NCBI RefSeq assembly: GCF_006345805.1
Contig: NC_043001.1
Location: 91,388,001 to 91,452,000, forward strand
Direction: 5' to 3'
DNA length: 64,000 bases
Origin: Octopus sinensis
Taxonomy: Eukaryota
Under the pieces are notes generated by a model. The model did not search any database and was not told the DNA's origin. It was given only the letters and a program-made list of their open reading frames with translations. Within the stretch, counting starts at the first letter, position 1, and each line of letters starts with the position of its first letter. Below, piece after piece: positions 21,918 through 35,660 of this stretch. A program made the position numbers and the translations under genes.

Positions 21918-23714
21918 TGTTTCAAATAGTGTGAACAGAGCTGGGTTCTATCTAGAGATGAACTGCGGATTCTTACACATAAACATTTTGACCCAGGTGT
22001 GGGTAAATTCATTCCTTGCTGGACACCCTGTCAAAATAAAAGAACATATTTCAAGCACAGGAGTCTATGGCAGCTGTCAAGTAGTTGAGGCTATGAAAGA
22101 AAATGGACAGTATGGGGTTAGAGAATATCTAACTCTTGGTGGTTTATTGGAGTCTGGAATCTGAGATACACAAAGATGATGATGGTGATGGTCCAAGACT
22201 GTCCACCCACAAGGAAGTGTTGCTTCTCTGAGATTCATATAATAAACATAATCACTGTTTCTAATACAGGCAGCACCGCCACCACCAGGTTAGGGTTATG
22301 TTGATGAAATTAAATGATTTTTTAAAATATTGCTTCATTAAAAAACATTCTGTTTCAAACACATGTTCAGCAGCTATTTCATAATGTTTAAATGTTTCTA
22401 ACATTGAACAGTATGTGGTTCATTCTTATAAATGCTCATCATTTTTCAAAAGTATTCCAGCCATAACCATCCTGTCATTTTTTCTTAGCCTAATTAGAGT
22501 TTTAATGCTCTCTCTCTCTCTCTGCTTCCCTGGGACTTTGTTTTTTTTGTAATTCTTTTTATTAATAATGCATAGTTTTACATACACAAAAGAATCAATC
22601 AACTTATTTCCATTTTGAAAATATTTTTGCTTTGGAGCTTAAACTCTGAGATCTTCCTTCCCATGATCCTCTATGGTTTTCATCTGTACATGTACTGTTA
22701 TCTAAAAGTTTTTAGTATATATGCATATGGAGGTGCAATGGCCCAGTGTTTAGGGCAGCAGACTCAAAGTCGGAGGATCGTGGTTTTGACTCCCAGACCG
22801 GGCGTTGTGTGTGTTTATTGAGCAAAAACACCTAAAAAGTTTCACAAGGCCCCAGCAGTGGGTGGTGGTGACCCCTGTTGTACTCTTTCACCCCAACTTT
22901 CTCTCACTCTTTCTTCCTGTTTCTTGAGTAATGCTGTGATGGACTGGCGTCCCGTCCAGCTGTGGGGAATTCATATGCCATAGAAACTGGGAAACCGGGC
23001 CCATGAGCCTGGCTAGGCTTGAAAAGAGCACATAAAAAAATATATACATATATGTGTGTATGTGAGAGAGAGAGAGAGCTCTATAAATTGAGGCTAAGTT
23101 CAAGGTGAACTGAATTTGGGATCAACTTCTGACCCCTGGTTTAATCATTTCACTTCATCCAGACCAGGTATGGGCAACCTTTTCTGAGAAGTTGATTGCA
23201 TGAGACATGGTTTATTATCAAGCATGCTGCAATACTAAAAAAATTCTAATGAATTTCCTTTTCCTTGTTAAATTATGTGTATTGTTCAGAAAACCCCTCT
23301 GATCTACAGTTAGTCAATAATCCCTCCATAATCAATTTAATGACAAGTTTGTTCATTTGTTTTTTTTTTCTTCCTTTCCATGCTAGTATGGGATGTGTAG
23401 GGGCGTATTTGTGATAAGATTTTATTCCTGGATACCCTTCCTGGTGTTAATCTTAACTTGTTTATTCCTGGATGCCTTCCTGTTCTAATCCTATCTTGTT
23501 TATTCCTGGCAGAATTGTTAGTATGCTGGACGAAATGCTTAGAGGTATTTTTCCCATTCTTACATTCCGAGTTCAAATTCACCGAGGTCAACTTTGCCTG
23601 TCATCCTTTTGGGATCAATAAATTAAGTACCAGTTGAGTACTGGGATCGATGTGATTGAGTGTTCCCTCCTGCAAATTTCAGGCTTTGTGCTATGGTAGA
23701 AAGGATTATTATTA

Positions 23715-24128
23715 GGCGTAGGAGTGGCGGTGTTGTAAGTAGCTTGCTTACGAATCATATGTTTCCAGGTTCAGTCCCACTGTGTGGCACCTTGGGCAGG
23801 TGTCTTCTACTATAACCTCAGGCTGACCAAAGCCTTGTGAGTGGATTTGGTAGACGGAAACTGAAAGAAGCCCGTGATATATATATATATATATACATAT
23901 GTATGTGTGTATATATGTTTGTGTGTCTGTGTTTGTCCCCCCCAACATCACTTGACAACCTATGCTGGTGTGTTTACGTTCCCATAACTTAGTGGTTCGG
24001 CAAAAGACACAGATAGAATAAGTACTAGGCTTACAAAGACTAAGTCCTGGGGTCGATTTGCTCGACTAAAGGCAGTGCTCCAGCATGGCCACAGTCACAT
24101 GACTGAAACAAGTAAAAGAGTAAAGAGT
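23715..24128 (+). mobile_element. tRNA/CORE-like SINE family I (head GGCGYAGGAGTGGCTGTGTGGTAAGTAGC, tail GGCGGTGCTCCAGCATGGCCRCAGTCAAATGACTG); other copies about 27147-27690, 29841-30217, 40600-40970 (+), 54060-54522, 57440-57560, 17090-17220, 61620-61770 (-)
   Basis: Repeated near-identical segments with an internal (TA/TG)n tract; CCTTGGGCAAGT CORE-like motif. Resembles remembered octopus OR-type SINEs (not verified). Confidence 0.88.
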
Positions 24129-24410
24129 ATTACTAATTTGTAAGGCATTAAGCAGGTAGGATCACTTGTGCATCAACAAAATGCCATGAAGAATTTCTTT
24201 TAACTTTTTCTGTTCTGATTTCAAATCCCACAGAAGCCAACTTTGCCATTCATCCTTTTGTGGTCAATACAATAAAGTACAAGTCAAGTACTAAGGTCAA
24301 TGGTATCAAGTAAACCCTTCCCTTCAAACATTTCTGGTTTTGTACCAAAATCATAAACTATTAATATTATTGTCACGTCAAGGGGGCAAGCTAGCAGAAT
24401 TGTTAGAGAG

Positions 24411-24770
24411 TTGGAAAATATCATGTGATATTTGTTTTAGCTCAACGATTTTGAGTTCAAATCCCACCAATGTCAACTTAGCCTTTCTGCCATCTGGGGG
24501 GGGGGGTCAATAAAATAAAATACCAGTCAAGCACTGAGGTCAATAAAATCAACTGCTCTCTCCCCTTAACCTCCAGGTTTTATGCCTATGTTGGAAAATA
24601 TCATGTGATATTTGTTTTGGCTCAACGTTTTAAGTTCAAATTCCACCAAGGTCAACTTAGCCATTCAGCCATCTGAGGTCAATAAAATAAAATACCAGTC
24701 AAGCACTGAGGTCAATAAAATCAACTGCTTCTCTCCCCTTAAACTCCAGGTTTTATGCCTATGTTGGAAA
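24411..24770 (+). repeat. Tandem duplication of a ~175-180-bp SINE-IV-derived unit
   Basis: TTGGAAAATATCATGTGATATTTG recurs at about 24411 and 24592, and TTGGAAAATA at about 24764. Confidence 0.85.
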
Positions 24771-25969
24771 TAATAGTTGCCGCATAAATGTAAATAATTA
24801 TAAAATTCCAGATAAAAATGATTTACAGTATTTTTGTCTGTCCATTAATTGACCAGTACTTAGTTTAATAAAAAAAAAGTATCAGTAATATACTGGAGTT
24901 AATTCAACTGATTGTTCCCCTTCTCTCTGAGATTCAACCTTGTGCTTTGTTAAAATGAAATCATTCTCAGCAAAACTAAGTTCTGGAAGCATTGTGTGTG
25001 TGCGTGTGTGTCTGTGTGTGTACATAACTGGGCTCTTTGCCGAGTTTCCTCCCCGAAAACATTCCCATCAGCCTTCATCTCTTTAATTCATCTTTTCCTT
25101 GTTACCACTAATTATTTACTTACTCAGAACCATTTCCCTTGATGTCCATCCCTCATCTTTAATACTGTCCTCTCCATCTACATTTTACATTGATTTCCCC
25201 CTCACCCAACTCCTGATCCACTAAATCATTTCACCATCTCTCACTCTCCCTATGCTGTATGCCTACCCCTTTCTGCCCTCCCACATGCTCTTGCAGCCTA
25301 CCCAATCACTTCTTATTTTTCATCCTTCTGTCTACTATATCATTACTACTACTCTGCTACACTTTATCTCATGCATCACTCACTGGTTACTCCTCTATCC
25401 TCCCTATCTTCCCTATCTCCCCTACTTATCATCTACTCAACACTTGATTATTCATTGATTGTATTCACCTTGCCTCACCATCCACCACCTCACTCTCTCA
25501 TACACTCTTGCACCCTCAGCCCACACACATTTCCAATTCTTTCCGTTCCCTCAAACTTCTACTCACCTCATACCTTGAAGGTCCCCACATGCATCTCAGC
25601 ACTACTACTGTCATCTCTTCCCAATTCCACCCTGATCACCCCAGCCGCCACTCTCTTCCAAACTGTAAGAAGCATGTAGCTCGTCTACAGCAAGAAACCC
25701 GTTCTGCTTTGGCCCTTTCTCTCATAATTTAACCCATTATCTCCATCTCTCAGCATATTACTGTCTCATTTGTAGTCTGTGAAAATTATTAACCAGCCTA
25801 ATTGAGTTTTAAAACAATGGATAATATCAGAGTGTCATAAATACGTAACTCAGGAAGACATGAGATGAAGTACTGAAGACAACTTCAGGATGCTGAACCT
25901 TTCATGTGAGATGACAAAGGACTATGATACTTGGTGCCTTGCTGTCATCATCATTATCATCATCATCAT

Positions 25970-26270
25970 TTAACGTCCATTTTCCATGCTAGCATGGGTT
26001 AGACGGTTCAACCGGGATCTGGGAAGCCAGAAGGCTGCACCAGGCTCAAGTCTGATCTGGCAGTGTTTCTACAGCTCGATGCCCTTCCTAACGCCAACCA
26101 CTCCGTGAGTGTAGTGGGTGATTTTTACGTGCCACCAGCACAGGTGCCAGGCAAGGCTGGCAACGGCCACGATCGGATTGGTGCTTTTTACATGCCACTG
26201 GCACGGAAGCCAGTCAAGGCGGCGCTAGCATCGGCCACGTTCGGATGGTGCTTTTTACGTGAACCCATAC
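25970..26270. mobile_element. Repeat family V with RTE-like tail motif GGATGCCCTTCCTAACGCCAACC (copies 26630-26805, 28150-28405)
   Basis: Three similar copies in both orientations, ending in (CAT)n. The RTE link is from memory of the motif. Confidence 0.6.
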
Positions 26271-27287
26271 TCTGCAGTAGAAGTGTTAAGATTGATCCTT
26301 CTGGTGACGTCACATAAAAGTGCCTGTGGTACTATGTAATAGCACTTCTGTGTTGTCACATAAAAGCGCCCCTATGGTGCCACATAAAAAGCATCCTTGT
26401 GGCACCATGTAAAAGCGCCTGTTCGGTGCAACTCTGTAAAGTTGTTGGTGTTAGGAAGTGCATCCAGCTGTTGAAACCATGCCAAATCAGACTGGAGTCT
26501 GGTGCAGTCCTTCAGCATACCAGCCCTAATCAAACCCTCCAACTCATGCCAGCACGGACAACAGATGTTAAATGATGGTGATGAAATTTATGAATATTTT
26601 AAGCAGGACCCTTTTTGTATTTTTAAGTACATGCCAGTGGCACGTAAAATGCAGCCACTACACTCATGGAGTGGTTGGTGTTAGGAAGGGCATCCAGCTG
26701 TAGAAACACTGCCAGATCAGACTGGAGCCTGGTGCAACCTCCTGGCTTCCCAGACCCTGGTCGAACCGTCCAACCCATGCTAGTATGGAAAACGGACGTT
26801 TAACAATAATGATGATGATGATGATGATGATAACAAAATTAGATCCTTCCTGAAATGTCAAAATGTTCATCTCACCTTGCACAAGCATTATCAATTTCAT
26901 TACCTTTGACAATGAAGACCATCACAAAGTCTCCTTGAATCATAATGTTAAACACTTTTTTCCTTTTTAATCTCAATTATACAAATATAATTTAAACTCA
27001 GGCAGGACTGTAAGGGAAGACTTCTACAGTTGTGGCCAAGAGTTTGGAACATATTTCGGTATACATAATGTACAAGCTTCTATTCATTAAAACAAAACAA
27101 TTTGGTCTAGAATTATATTTTTGATTTTGCCTATTTTTTGTTCTAGAAGAGTGGTTATGTGGTAAGTAGCTTGCTTATGAAGTACATGGTTCCTGGTTCA
27201 GCCCCACTGCATGGAACCTTGGGCAAGTGTCTTCTACTAAAGCCTTGTGAGTGAGATTTGGTAGATGGAAACTGAAAGAAGCCCGTC

Positions 27288-27337
<50 letters not shown>

Positions 27338-28539
27338 ATATATGTGTGTGTGTGTGTGTGTATATATGTGTGTGTGTATATATGTGTGTGTATATATATG
27401 TGTGTGTGTATATATGTGTGTGTGTATATATATATATGTGTGTGTGTGTATATATATGTGTGTGTGCGTATGTTTGTGTGTCTGTTTGTTCCCCACAACA
27501 TCGCTTGACAACTGATGCTGGTGTGTTTACGTCCCTGTAACTTAGGGGTTCGGCAAAAGAGACTGATAGAATAAGTACTAGGCTTACAAAGAATAAGTCC
27601 TGGGGGTCGATGTACTCAACTAAAGGCGGTGCTCCAGCATGGCCACAGTCAAATGACTGAAACAAGTAAAAGAGTAAGAGAGAGTAAAGAGAATACTGAC
27701 CCATTGCATCAGTTATTAGGTATGTATATCTCTATGTTGTACATATATATGAATCAAATTGTACTTGGGCATAGCAATTTTGATTTTTAAAAAGTGTTTC
27801 AAACTTTTGGCCATGACTGGACTTTACAATCACAATGCTGGATTGAGTCTTACTATGAAACACATTGGGCAAGTGCCTTCTACTATGGTCACAAATTGAC
27901 CAATGCCTTGTGAGTGAATACAGTAGCTAGAAACAGTACAGGAACCTGTTGTATGTGTGTGTGTGTTTGTGTTGAGTCTTTGTTTGTCCCCACCACTGCT
28001 TGACAACCAGTGTTGGTTTATACACACACCATAACTTGGTATGTGTGTGTGTGTGTGAGCATATGTGCATGTGTGTGTGTGTTTGTCTCTCTCTGCTTGA
28101 CAGCAGTTATAAGTTTAAGTCCTTGTAACTTAGTGGTTAAGCCAAAAAAATCGCCTGACTGGCGTCCATGTCGGTGACAAGTAAAAGCACCAACTGATCG
28201 TGGCCGTTGCCAGCCTCCTCTGGCCCCTGTGCCAGTGGCACGTAAAAAGCACCCACTACACTCATGGAGTGGTCGGCGTTAGGAAGGGCTTCCAGCTGTA
28301 GAAACACTGCCAGATCAAACTGGAGCCTGTTGCAGCCTCCTGGCTTCCCAGACCCCGGTCGAACCGTCCAACCCATGCTAGCATGGAAAACGGACGTTAA
28401 ACTATGATGATGATGAAACAACCAGATTTAAACTGACTGAAACTTGTAAAAAAATTTTAACTCAGAATAAATTATTGTTCTTTGAACCACTTCCTATAAA
28501 GTCTCCTATTAGTCATGGTCTTTAAATAATAATAAATAA

Positions 28540-29037
28540 ATGTGCCCTTTTTTAAAGCCTAGCCAGGCTCATGGGCCCAGTTTCCCGGTTTCTATGGCGT
28601 ATGTGTTCCCCAGCTGATTGGGACACCAGTCCATTGCAGCGTTACTCATTTTTGCTAGCTGTTGGACTGGAGCAATGTGAAATGAAGTGTTTTGCTCAAG
28701 AACACAACACGTCACCCGGTCCAGGAATCAAAACCACAATCTTACAATCATGGTGCCGACACCCTAACCACTAAGCCACGCACCTCCACTAAATAAATGC
28801 ACCCTTTTAAAGCCTAGCCAAGCTCATGGGCCTGGTTTCTATGGCGTATGTGTTCCCAAGCTGGACAGGACACCAGTCCATCGCAGTGTTACTCATTTTT
28901 GCCAGCTGAGTGAACTGGATCAATGTGAAATGAAGTGTTTTGCTCAAGAACACAATGTGTCACCCAGTCCAGGAATCGAAACCACAATCTTACGATCATG
29001 GTGCTGACACCCTGACCACTAAGCCACACGCCTCTAC
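28540..29037 (-). mobile_element. SINE family III, tandem pair (other copies 18010-18260, 53120-53575 tandem pair, monomer 10633-10870)
   Basis: Shared body GGCCCATGAGCCTGGCTAGGCTTTAAAA / TTCTTGAGCAAAACACTTCATTTCAC and a tRNA-like head. Confidence 0.85.
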
Positions 29038-31663
29038 TGATGATAGTAAAAAAACAAAACAAACAAAAAAAACAAAACAAAACAAACCATAAGAAGAAAG
29101 AATATTCTGGAAAGGTTCTGAGAAAGATTATTAGTATTGTGAGATAGGAATGCTTAATGTGGATCCTTATTTTTGTGGATATGAAAGTAAGCTATACATG
29201 CTGTTGAATGCAAAGAAGGAAAAATGACATAACAAGTTTGAAAAAAGGAAGAAAAGAGTGATGCAACAGTTGTTATTATTATTATTATGTTCTGCTGAGG
29301 TTGACTTTACCTTTTATCCTTAATTAAGTACCGGATGAGTACTGGGGTCCCCCTCCCCACAAAATTCAGGCCTTGTGCCTATAGTAGAAAGGATTATTAT
29401 TATTATTAAATTCTGCTGAGGTTGACTTTACCTTTCATCCTTTCAAGTGTGATAAATAAAGTACGAGTTGAGTACTGGGGTCAATGTGATCAACAGTGTG
29501 TCCCCCTCTACACAAAATTCAGGCCTTGTGCCTATAGTAGAAAGGTCAATAAATTAAGTACCATTTGAGTACTGGGGTTGATGTAATTAGCTTATCGCCT
29601 CCACCAAAGTTTCAGGCCTTGTGCCTTTAGTAGAAAGGATTATTATTATCATTTTATTTATTTTTTCTTGGTAGAAGATCTGAAAATTTTGGTTTCAAAT
29701 TTTGGTAAATGACCAACAATGTTGGGGCAGGTAAGTTGATTAAATCGAACCCAGTGCTCAACAGGTACTTATTTTATTGACTTTCAAAGGATGAAAGGCA
29801 AAGTCAACCTGGGTGGAATTTAAATTCAGAATGTAAAGATGGTGTAGGAGTGGTTGTGTGGTAAGTAGCTTGCTTACAAACCACATAGTTCCAGGTTCAG
29901 TCCCACTGCGTGGCACCTTGGGCAAGTGTCTGTCTACTATAGCCTCAGACTGACCAAAGCCTTGTGAGTGGATTTGGTAGACGGAAACTGAAAGAAGCCT
30001 GTCGTATATATGTATATATATATATATATATATGTATATGTTTGTGTGTCTGTGTTTGTCCCCCCCAACATCACTTGACAACCGATGGTGGTGTGTTTAC
30101 CTCCCCGTAACTTAGCGGTTTGGCAAAAGAGACCGATAGTATAAGTACTAGGCTTACAAAGAATAAGTCCTGGAGTCTATTTGCTCGACTAAAGGCGGTG
30201 TTCCAGCATGGCCACAGTATTGTACTCTACCAAATGTATTGAGTAATCCTTCATTTTAATGCAAAAAATTGTTTACATTGTAACATTTATGTATGTATGT
30301 CTAACATGAATGACAAGAGAAGATTTACGTTATGAAATTCAATAGCTTACAGCTGTTTCTGCCACAAGATGCAATGCACTCAGAGCTGTGTGCTTGTGCA
30401 TCACCTTACAGCTTCTTTGGAACTTTTATTTAATTTCATATTATGCTCTGTCCTCACCTAACACCTTATTCCGAAGCATGTGTATACTGAGTTCTAATAC
30501 CGGGTTAGTAATATGGCTATGCCTAACAGAAATCTTAACACACACGTTATATGTAAATATATATATATATGTATATAGGCACTTCTTCAATATTGATCTG
30601 AGTGTCGGTGTGAGGAGATAACGTCACTCTCTTTTTCAGTCTAGCTTCTTTATGTATGTCATGCAGGAAGGTAGTGAGGGAATGACGTCGTGTACCAATA
30701 CCGAAGGATTGCCTGTTATACGCACATACAATTACATATAAATGTATATAAGAGAGATTTTCGGTTCGAAAGAATACTCCTCACTGTGTGTGAATGTGTG
30801 TGAGAGAGAGTATTACATGTAATTCAGAAAACGTTAATGGGAGTATGACTTATTCCCCTTACACAAACACATAATTAATCTTCGGTTATTAGTTATCATT
30901 CTTTTGTTCGTAAGAAGAGTGCGAGACAGCAATAACTGTATTTAAATATCGCTAATTAACATGACAAGTGTAATAATGTTTATTAAAGCTATATATCAGT
31001 AGAATTTGTATTGCGAATTCAAGGCATTTAAAACTGGAGTCTTCCCGTTACATGGGATTCTAGTCTCATATGAAGGTGTCTATTGTAATGTTGAGAGATA
31101 CGTGGAGCCAAGCCAAAACAATAAAGCCTTTCACACCTGTAGACTCTGGAATAGTTATGTCTACAATAATTCCGTGTTCCTACGGTAAATGATCTAATAA
31201 TATCTAGTTAAAATTCACGGTATGTGAAGTTTTAGACATTAACATCAGACTTAGTAGAAGCATATTCGTAACCGACGTTTATAATTTAGTGATAAAAAAA
31301 CAAATTTGTAAGATAACGAGATTATGACAATTGAATGTTTGATATATATATATATTATCAGCCTTCCGTTTATGTACCTGCATAAATAGTCGAACAGATA
31401 AAGAATACTGTGCTAAGGGTCTGTGTATTTGATTTTCCCGCCGTGGGTTTTCCCATTTGAATTAGTAAAAACAAATCAGTCATACAGCTCTACTTGGATA
31501 TGAAATGTTCTATAATTTATGCTATTCGAAAACTCAATCCCGGATGAAAACGAATATATATATATATATATTGGGTATTTTATAATGGTGGGACATAGTT
31601 TACTCGTAATTTACAAAATACTCGTCCTTAAAAAATGTGCCACTTTCAGTCCTGATTACTTGT

Positions 31664-31724
<61 letters not shown>

Positions 31725-32844
31725 GAAATGAGGTACTCAGAAATTCAGATAGTTTTATATTTACAGATATTTATTTGTATATTACATGTTTTTATACATC
31801 ATATAATTTAGATCATGTATTAGCGCTTTCTCCTATTCTAGTGGGGTTTTCATATATATATAGGCACATTCTTTGATCGAAAGACTCGACTCTTTAAAAA
31901 GAAATATCGAAACCGTGCTTAGACCTAAAACAAATATAGAGATTGGTTTTAAAAATTAAATCTATGCCTTTATTACTAATACTAAACACAGTAACGTTAT
32001 ATACTGTTAGCTGTGGTATGTAAATGAGTTGGGATTTTATTTAAGAGACGTCCAAAAGTTTGGATTTTCTCAAGGCAAGAAATAAACTATGTTAAAAGTT
32101 CTCAAATAACTCCAAACAAGCTATCCATTAGTGGACAGTTCATAGTGTATCCCAAGTGAATAAGATACGAAATTTTAAACAAATGAATAACTTTTAAAAG
32201 TTTTCTCATTGATCAACAAGTTTTAATTGGTCGTCGTAGTTTTTTAAACAAACAAAAAAAAATGCTTTAAAAGAACAAAACAAGGACTAAAAGTTAATCT
32301 TTTAAGTTGGAAAATCAGTCACTTAGTCTACGAAACATGCTGCATGCATTATTAGAACGGATTACACTTTACCATTTATCATGGGAACCAAGTCTTAAAA
32401 CTGTATTGTGTTATTGTTTTTTTATGTTAACCATCATCTGTTTTTTTTTTTTGTATGTATAAAGCTTTTTTGTTTGTTTGTTTTTTCGTTCTTATATGAC
32501 TAGAAGACAGTCAGCAACTTTGTTATGACACTGATGTAAACTTTGATAGCGACTGGATGAAGTTATTTAAGGAGGGATAAAATTTCAGAGGCTGGTATCT
32601 AAACGGTGTCAGGGGAAATTCGTGAGACAGGTCAGATATATTCCGAGCACCTGCTGCTCACTAGTTCCCCATTGAGTTTCTTTTCGCTGCCGTTAAACTT
32701 TTCGACCAACCTATTAACTCGATCGACGAGTCTAAGAAAACCCTTTTACGTAGACTTTCGACCTGGTAGAAATAACATTCAAATTTCTCTCTCTCTCTCT
32801 CCCTCTCCCCCCTCTCTCTCTCCCTCTCCCCCCTCTCTCTCTCC

Positions 32845-32876
<32 letters not shown>

Positions 32877-33134
32877 ACTCCATTATTTTTAGCTGATGAG
32901 TACGGGACACTTTATATGCTGTAATTTTTACAACTTTTAATAAAGCCTGTCCTTGTATGAAACGATTGTACTAAAACCTATCCATTCTGTTGCTTCTTTC
33001 TCGCTTATAATACCCCACATTACTGTATTGTTAAAACAGTATAGTTTTTTTTGTGGTGCATCTAAGTTAGGTACCATATTCAAGTAATTCATTTAAATTA
33101 ACTTGAATCTTTATTGCTTTTTGTATATATATAA

Positions 33135-33169
<35 letters not shown>

Positions 33170-33301
33170 GGTATGGTTGATGCAAACAGGAAAAGTAGAA
33201 CTAAAAATATAATTATATGCATATTCTTATTAATATTTAGGAGAAGCAACAGAGTGACTCAAGGGCCGAGAGTGTCGTGTGTTGGTAAGTGCTAACGTAC
33301 G

Positions 33302-33344
<43 letters not shown>

Positions 33345-33954
33345 ACCTCTCCCTATATATATAGTCCTGAATGCTATCTTTGGAAAAAGGCAGGAATACT
33401 TTGGGTCATAAGCTTGCTCTACCAGTATCGACCTGAGGATATGCAGCCACACTTTCTGAGCTAACGTAATATTTTCATGGTCTCCCGACATGCTAGAAAT
33501 AGCAGCTTAATTTACAAGAAACAGACACGTTGGATAATGTGGTCCTGGACTCTCTACATATAGGAGAACACAGAGTGGTCACGCTTGGGACGTCTTCGAT
33601 CATCAGTTTACATGATCAGAGCTGATCAAGACTGAACCATAATGATTTGTAAGTTAAGCCAACAGTTGTGAGAGGGAGAGATTAATGGATCTTATTGACT
33701 CCAGTTTGTGACTGGTACTTTATTTTATCGACCTAGAAAGGATGAAAGGGGTAGTTGACATTGGCCGGATTTGAACTCAGAATATATAAGATGCGAAAGA
33801 AATATGAAGCATTTTCCCAGACGTTCTAACAATTCTGCCATCATGCTGCCTTCTGCTACAATAACATTATCATCAACAACAACAACCTGGGTTCCCTGTC
33901 TATAGGGGGAAGAAAAGGTGGGGATGGGGAGCCATTAGTGCTTGTCCCCACCTA

Positions 33955-34054
33955 NNNNNNNNNNNNNNNNNNNNNNNNNNNNNNNNNNNNNNNNNNNNNN
34001 NNNNNNNNNNNNNNNNNNNNNNNNNNNNNNNNNNNNNNNNNNNNNNNNNNNNNN
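33955..34054. other. Assembly gap (100 N)
   Basis: Exactly 100 N, typical of a scaffolding gap of unknown true size. Confidence 0.99.
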
Positions 34055-34329
34055 TGAGGGTGAATTGGTTTCTATTTCTAGCAACTCGAACTACTGCTTG
34101 TTGGCTTCTGTGCATTTGATCATTAGGGTGTTCAGCATCTGTTGGATCTTGTAGTGGTCATAAGAGAGGGGCCAGTTAGGTGAACTCGTTGCTGTTCTTT
34201 GTAGAAACTGTTCTTAGCATTGTTTATATTTTTTTGATGTTGTTATTTTGCTTGTTGTCATTATGGGATGGTTGTTGCTTGTGTTGTTGTTGTTGTTGTT
34301 ATTGTTTTGTTGTTGTTGTTGATGGTGTT

Positions 34330-34642
34330 AAGAAAGGAAGAAAGAGAACACAAACAAAAGCTCTTGAAAATACAGAAAGCAAGAAGAAAAGTAAAGAACA
34401 AAAAAAAAAGAAAAGGAAAGAATGAAGACGGACAAAGAGAAGGAAGAAAGCAAAAGAAAAAATGAAAGATAGAACGAAAGAAATAAAGAAAGAAGGAAAG
34501 AAAGAAGAAAAGAAAGGGAGATAGAAATAGAGGAGGAAAGAGAGTAAGAAAGAAAGAAGGAAAGAAAGGGAGATAGAAAGAGAGAAGGAAAGAGAGTAAG
34601 AAAGAAAGAAAGAAGGAAAGGGAGATAGAAAGAGCGAAGAGT

Positions 34643-34686
<44 letters not shown>

Positions 34687-34990
34687 GGGAGATAGAAAGA
34701 GAAAAGGAAAGAGTAAGAAAGAAAGAAGGACAGAAAGGGAGATAGAAAGAGAGAAGTAAAGAGAGTAAGAAAGAAAGAAGGAAAGAAAGGGAGCTAGAAA
34801 AAGAATGAAAGAGAGTAAGAAAGAAAGAAGGAAAGAAAGGGAGATAGAAAAAAAGAAGTAAAGAGAGTAAGAAAGAAACAAACAAGAAAAGACAGAAAGA
34901 TGAAAAGAAAGAGAAAAAGAAAGACAGGAAGAAAGAAAGAGAGGAAGACCGAAAGAGTGGTCATATGATGTGCCTGAGAGAAGACTAAAA
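34330..34990. repeat. (GAAA/GA)-rich low-complexity tandem region
   Basis: Repeating AAGAAAGAAAGAAGGAAAGAAAGGGAGATAGAAAG units. Confidence 0.9.
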
Positions 34991-35193
34991 AGGTGATAAA
35001 AAAGTGTAAATAGGAAGGCGCAGTTCATAACCTAAAACAAGGGCCCGAGAGAAACATGGTAGATTATCTCATATCACAGTCACAGATCAAATTAGTGTTT
35101 GGTGAACTGAGGTGACTTAACATGGCGGTTTTATGTTTTGTTTTGTTTTCGCGCGCGCACGCACACACACTTACGCACACACACGCATACACA

Positions 35194-35228
<35 letters not shown>

Positions 35229-35567
35229 ATACAGAGATAATAACACACTCAAGCACGCACATCATTTACAATAGAAACATACTGACAAGGCTCATATATG
35301 TGTGTATGTGTGTATGCAAGTACGTGTGTGCATGTAAATCTGTGAGTATGCAGGCACACGCACACACACGTACACACACACACACACACACGCACGCGCA
35401 CACACATATAGACATACACACATTTATATATATGTATATATCTGTATGTACTTGCATGGATGTATGTGTATGTGAGTGTGCATGTAATATAATATAATAT
35501 ATATATATCTGTATGTATATGTGTGTATGTATGTATGTATGTATGTATGTATGTATGTATGTATGTA

Positions 35568-35612
<45 letters not shown>

Positions 35613-35619
35613 CTCTCTC

Positions 35620-35660
<41 letters not shown>

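Noticed and set aside
31050-31190. Possible plus-strand exon (open frames, GTAAAT donor)
   Set aside because: No recognisable homology or partner exons; too weak to call.
34261-35028. 255-aa and 185-aa F/L/S-rich ORFs
   Set aside because: Products of GAAA repeats.
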